A stretch of DNA of 10,234 nt, taken from contig JBHGNT010001288.1 in NCBI GenBank assembly GCA_043228905.1, positions 1 through 10,234 of the forward strand. Reading direction: 5' to 3'. Below, in pieces: positions 7,317 to 10,234 of this stretch; the stretch's first letter is position 1; each line of letters starts with the position of its first letter. The position numbers were made by a program, and so were the translations under genes. The stretch comes from Azolla caroliniana. Its lineage: Eukaryota > Plantae > Polypodiophyta. A model generated the notes under the pieces. That model had not been told where the DNA came from. It saw only the letters and a list, made by a program, of their open reading frames with translations, and did not search any database.

Positions 7317-7627
7317 GCCATCACTTGGCCGATTCTAAGGGATGATGTGGCCTTGACGAGGTGTATGTTGCCTACCTATGCCACTCTACTCTCTATTAAG
7401 CCATCAATTGGCCGATTCTATGGGATGTTGTGGCCTTGACAAGGTATATGTAGCTTACATATGCCACTTTCCTTTTTAATTAGCCATCAATTGGCCGATT
7501 CTAAGGGATGATGTGGCCTTGACGAGGTATATGTCACTTACCTATGCCACTTTCCTCTTTAATTAGCCATTACTTGGCCGATTCTAGGGATATGTGGTGG
7601 TCTTGAGGAGGTGCATGTCAACTACCC
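7297..7627 (+). repeat. Tandem array of about 4 copies of an 83-bp unit in the element C leader
   Basis: GCCATYAMTTGGCCGATTCTA...GTGGYCTTGA...AGGT units start at 7317, 7400, 7483 and 7566. Confidence 0.95.
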
Positions 7628-8610
7628 TAGGGTTTCGTATCTTAGGGCATGTTTGATTCCATACACCTAATTGTTGATTATTCTAATTAAATTTTAATTT
7701 CATAAGTATTGTTTCACTTATATGATTTTCTAGTAATTATTATTTACCCGCCCACAATTAACTATCCTTTTTCCACTTCCTTTTCATGTATAAAGTATTT
7801 ACATCGTTTATTTTTAATGTAACCTTTACGTGTAGACTATTTTTTTTCGTATGGAGTGGCTTGTTGAACGATTTTTTTCAACGGGTCATCTAGGTTTAAC
7901 TCTTATCATCAAGCCTTAGAAAACGAGTAAAACCATATGAGTTCCCTTATTGATGTTTTACTCATGGATTTGAGTATTACATCTTTGCGCACAACACCGT
8001 CATCACTTGTATCAATTTGTGGCTTATGTCACAATTGTGCAAGTTATAACAATCATATTGGGATGTATATGTGCATACCTTGCACTTCCCATTTATTTGT
8101 GACATTGTTTTTTTCGTAGGTAACACATGGGTTCTTTTTTTTACCCTTGTTTTCGTCACTACTTAACTCTTATGAGTAGTGCCTTATTTTATCATTTTAT
8201 CATCACGTTTGATTATTGCTCGCAAGACTAGAATATTACTTGTGAGTGCACTTGTTTTTTCACGTAATACACTTTCTCGACCATATAATACATGATGGCT
8301 TGGCATTAATATAAGGCTATCTAGGAAATTTCATTGATGTAAGAACCATGGTTGAGCCTCGGGGAGCCGCCATGATTACTCAAGATAGAGATCCGAGAAA
8401 TACATCTTAGCTATGTTTTCCCCCATGGTTTTTAAAACACCATAGTGTTACCATAGTTATCGGATCTCGAATCACATCTCATATGTCTAGAGGGGTAAAG
8501 ACATGAGATACTTTCTTGGATAAAGTTCTTTCAATCAAAATTTCAAGCATTCATTTTGCTTGTGTATTTTCTGAACCTCCTTATTTTATTGCATACCCAC
8601 AGCGTGCATC

Positions 8611-10234
8611 ATGGAACAAGTTTTGAACGCAGTTGGAACGATCTCTCCAAATGAGACCTCTCAACCCCAATCCGCATCTCGCACACAAGCTGAGATCACT
8701 ATTGAGCAATTGCTCACTACTACCTTGAATCAATTGGCCGAAATGAGACAGGCCAATATGGCATTGGAAAAGAAATTCCAAGAATTAACTATTGAGTCCA
8801 AGAAAGAAGGTGAACCTTCCTTCGTAGTCACGCCTTTCAAGGGAGATAAGAAAGAAAGAACCGAGGAGGCCATTAGCACTTGGCTTGGTCGTTGGGAGTC
8901 TCACTTTGAGCTTCATCCCAAGCCCAATGCAGTAAAAATTGGTTATGTCGGTCGTGAGTTAGGTGGCCGAGCTGCTGCTTGGTGGCGTGGCCTAAGGACC
9001 GCAAAAAACTTACCCACAACTTGGGAAGGTTTCGTTGATGTTTTTAAGAAACAATTCTTGCAGCCACCTTCTCAAACCGAACAAGCGCAACACTTGCTCA
9101 CATTGTCTAGTAAGCCATTTACCTCTCTCGAGGATTATGTGCATCACGCTCGGACCCAGATCCAAAAATTGGGACTTACGGGTGAGAAATGGTTTGTCGC
9201 TTGTTTTTTGAATGGTATTCCCAATAGGGATTATCATTGGATTGTCCATGACAAGGACCCCACAACTTTCGAGGAAGCCGTCAACATTGTGCTGCGATAC
9301 CATAGGACTTCCAAGAAAGACCACAATAAACCTGAGTTCGCCAAAACTCCGAATGTCAAGTTCATTGGGAAACGTAAGCAATCCAGTGACACTCTTGACC
9401 GCAACTCAAAGAAACCGAACCTCTTCTGTGCATATTGCAAGAAGCGGGGCCACACAAAGGATACCTGTCGTCGTCTTGAGAGGAAGTCAATGAACACCCC
9501 TCCTCAAGACAAATCTACGAGTCACACAGGTGAGTCTTTTGATATTGTTGAAGTTCATACCAATCACTTAAGTTTATGTGAATGCACTTTTCCTTCACAT
9601 TTACTTGGACCTAATGATTTACTCCGAGCAATCGGATATATCAATGGAACACAAGCACATTTCTTGTTTGATTCCGGTAGTTCTCACAATTTTCTTAATG
9701 ATCACTTTGTGCAGCAAATGGAGCTCCACATAAACGCAAGTGATCATATCTATCAAGTTCACATGGCAAATGGAAACGTTCAATACATCAGTGGCATTGT
9801 TTGTCAACTGCCAATTCAAATAGATACTTATTTGGAGAAGCTTGACTTTCATGTTATGAAATTACAATCCGCAGATGTCATTTTAGGATATCCTTGGTTT
9901 TTTAATAAAAACCCTTCTTTGTCCATTGATTGGGTTAATCACTCAATCACATTTGAACTTAATAATTGTAAACATTTTATTCAATGTTCCAAACTTCCTT
10001 CTCATTCACTTCTGTCTTCTAAATCTTTAAGTGAGTATTCTAGTTCATTAATTTATTCGTGTGTAATTGATCCTGCGGTTCAATTTTATTATTTTAATAT
10101 TGACGCCACACAATTACCACATTTTGAGCAACGATTACTCGACTCTATTTTAGAGGATTTTCAAGATGTGTTTCCTACTGAATTACCGCTTACTTTACCA
10201 CCTAAACGTAATGTGGACCATCAAATTGAACTCA
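8611..10234 (+). CDS. gag-pol: Element C Gag-Pol polyprotein, N-terminal part (capsid, CCHC zinc knuckle, aspartic protease, start of RT); runs off the window
   Basis: ATG at 8611 and no stop in 541 codons by manual translation: LGGRAAAWW...PTTWEGFVDVFKKQF (gag), CAYCKKRGHTKDTC at 9427-9468, FLFDSGSSHNF (DSG at 9670-9678), VILGYPWF...IDW, DVFPTELPLTLPPKRNVDHQIEL. Confidence 0.95.
   Translation, partial: MEQVLNAVGTISPNETSQPQSASRTQAEITIEQLLTTTLNQLAEMRQANMALEKKFQELTIESKKEGEPSFVVTPFKGDKKERTEEAISTWLGRWESHFELHPKPNAVKIGYVGRELGGRAAAWWRGLRTAKNLPTTWEGFVDVFKKQFLQPPSQTEQAQHLLTLSSKPFTSLEDYVHHARTQIQKLGLTGEKWFVACFLNGIPNRDYHWIVHDKDPTTFEEAVNIVLRYHRTSKKDHNKPEFAKTPNVKFIGKRKQSSDTLDRNSKKPNLFCAYCKKRGHTKDTCRRLERKSMNTPPQDKSTSHTGESFDIVEVHTNHLSLCECTFPSHLLGPNDLLRAIGYINGTQAHFLFDSGSSHNFLNDHFVQQMELHINASDHIYQVHMANGNVQYISGIVCQLPIQIDTYLEKLDFHVMKLQSADVILGYPWFFNKNPSLSIDWVNHSITFELNNCKHFIQCSKLPSHSLLSSKSLSEYSSSLIYSCVIDPAVQFYYFNIDATQLPHFEQRLLDSILEDFQDVFPTELPLTLPPKRNVDHQIEL
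9527..9535 (+). promoter_or_regulatory. Candidate 5' splice donor at the gag/protease boundary
   Basis: CAG|GTGAGT (GT at 9530-9531), 20 codons after the zinc knuckle, followed by T-rich sequence. Confidence 0.5.

Larger units (their letters stand above)
6386..10234 (+). mobile_element. Element C: Ty3/gypsy (chromovirus-like) LTR retrotransposon, 5' part, nested in element A in opposite orientation
   Basis: LTR TGTTA...TAACA, tRNA-iMet PBS, long leader and gag-PR-RT ORF. The coding sequence of A stops exactly at 6385. Predicted TSD is CCTAT (6381-6385). Confidence 0.92.

Noticed and set aside
7317-7627. CRISPR array or hammerhead ribozymes (retrozyme-like) in the 83-bp repeats
   Set aside because: There are no unique spacers and the context is a eukaryotic TE. 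TTGACGAG resembles CUGANGA but lacks the invariant C, and there is no matching GAAA core.
7628-7635. TAGGGTTT telomere-like / telo-box motif
   Set aside because: It is a single copy within a hairpin and is expected by chance.
8581-9852. Antisense and alternative-frame ORFs over gag-PR of C
   Set aside because: They are shadows of the 8611+ polyprotein frame.

Overview
Eukaryotic heterochromatin-type DNA, probably from a non-seed land plant (inference). It is a nest of three Ty3/gypsy LTR retrotransposons with no host gene. Element A (minus strand; 1-2024 and 6045-6385) is a non-chromovirus-type pol (RT with FLDD, RNase H, integrase) whose frame has no stops but is split by two insertions. 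Element B (minus strand; 2025-6044; TSD GAGTA) is a Tcn1-like chromovirus with an intact RT-RH-IN-chromodomain ORF and a complete 551-bp 3' LTR. Its 5' end has collapsed: only 174 bp of the 5' LTR remain, PBS, gag and most of the protease are gone, and a ~70-bp protease fragment sits inverted at the junction. B's LTR carries two heat-shock-element arrays next to a TATA box and an antisense tRNA-like cassette (A box, B box, CCA). Element C (plus strand; 6386 to beyond the window) has a 471-bp LTR, a tRNA-iMet PBS and a ~1.7-kb leader that is rich in hairpins and tandem repeats and lacks CAG/CTG over ~1.6 kb. Its gag-PR-RT ORF is open in a single frame, with a consensus splice donor right after gag. 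The long ORFs of A and C are missing from the supplied ORF track because they run off the window edges.
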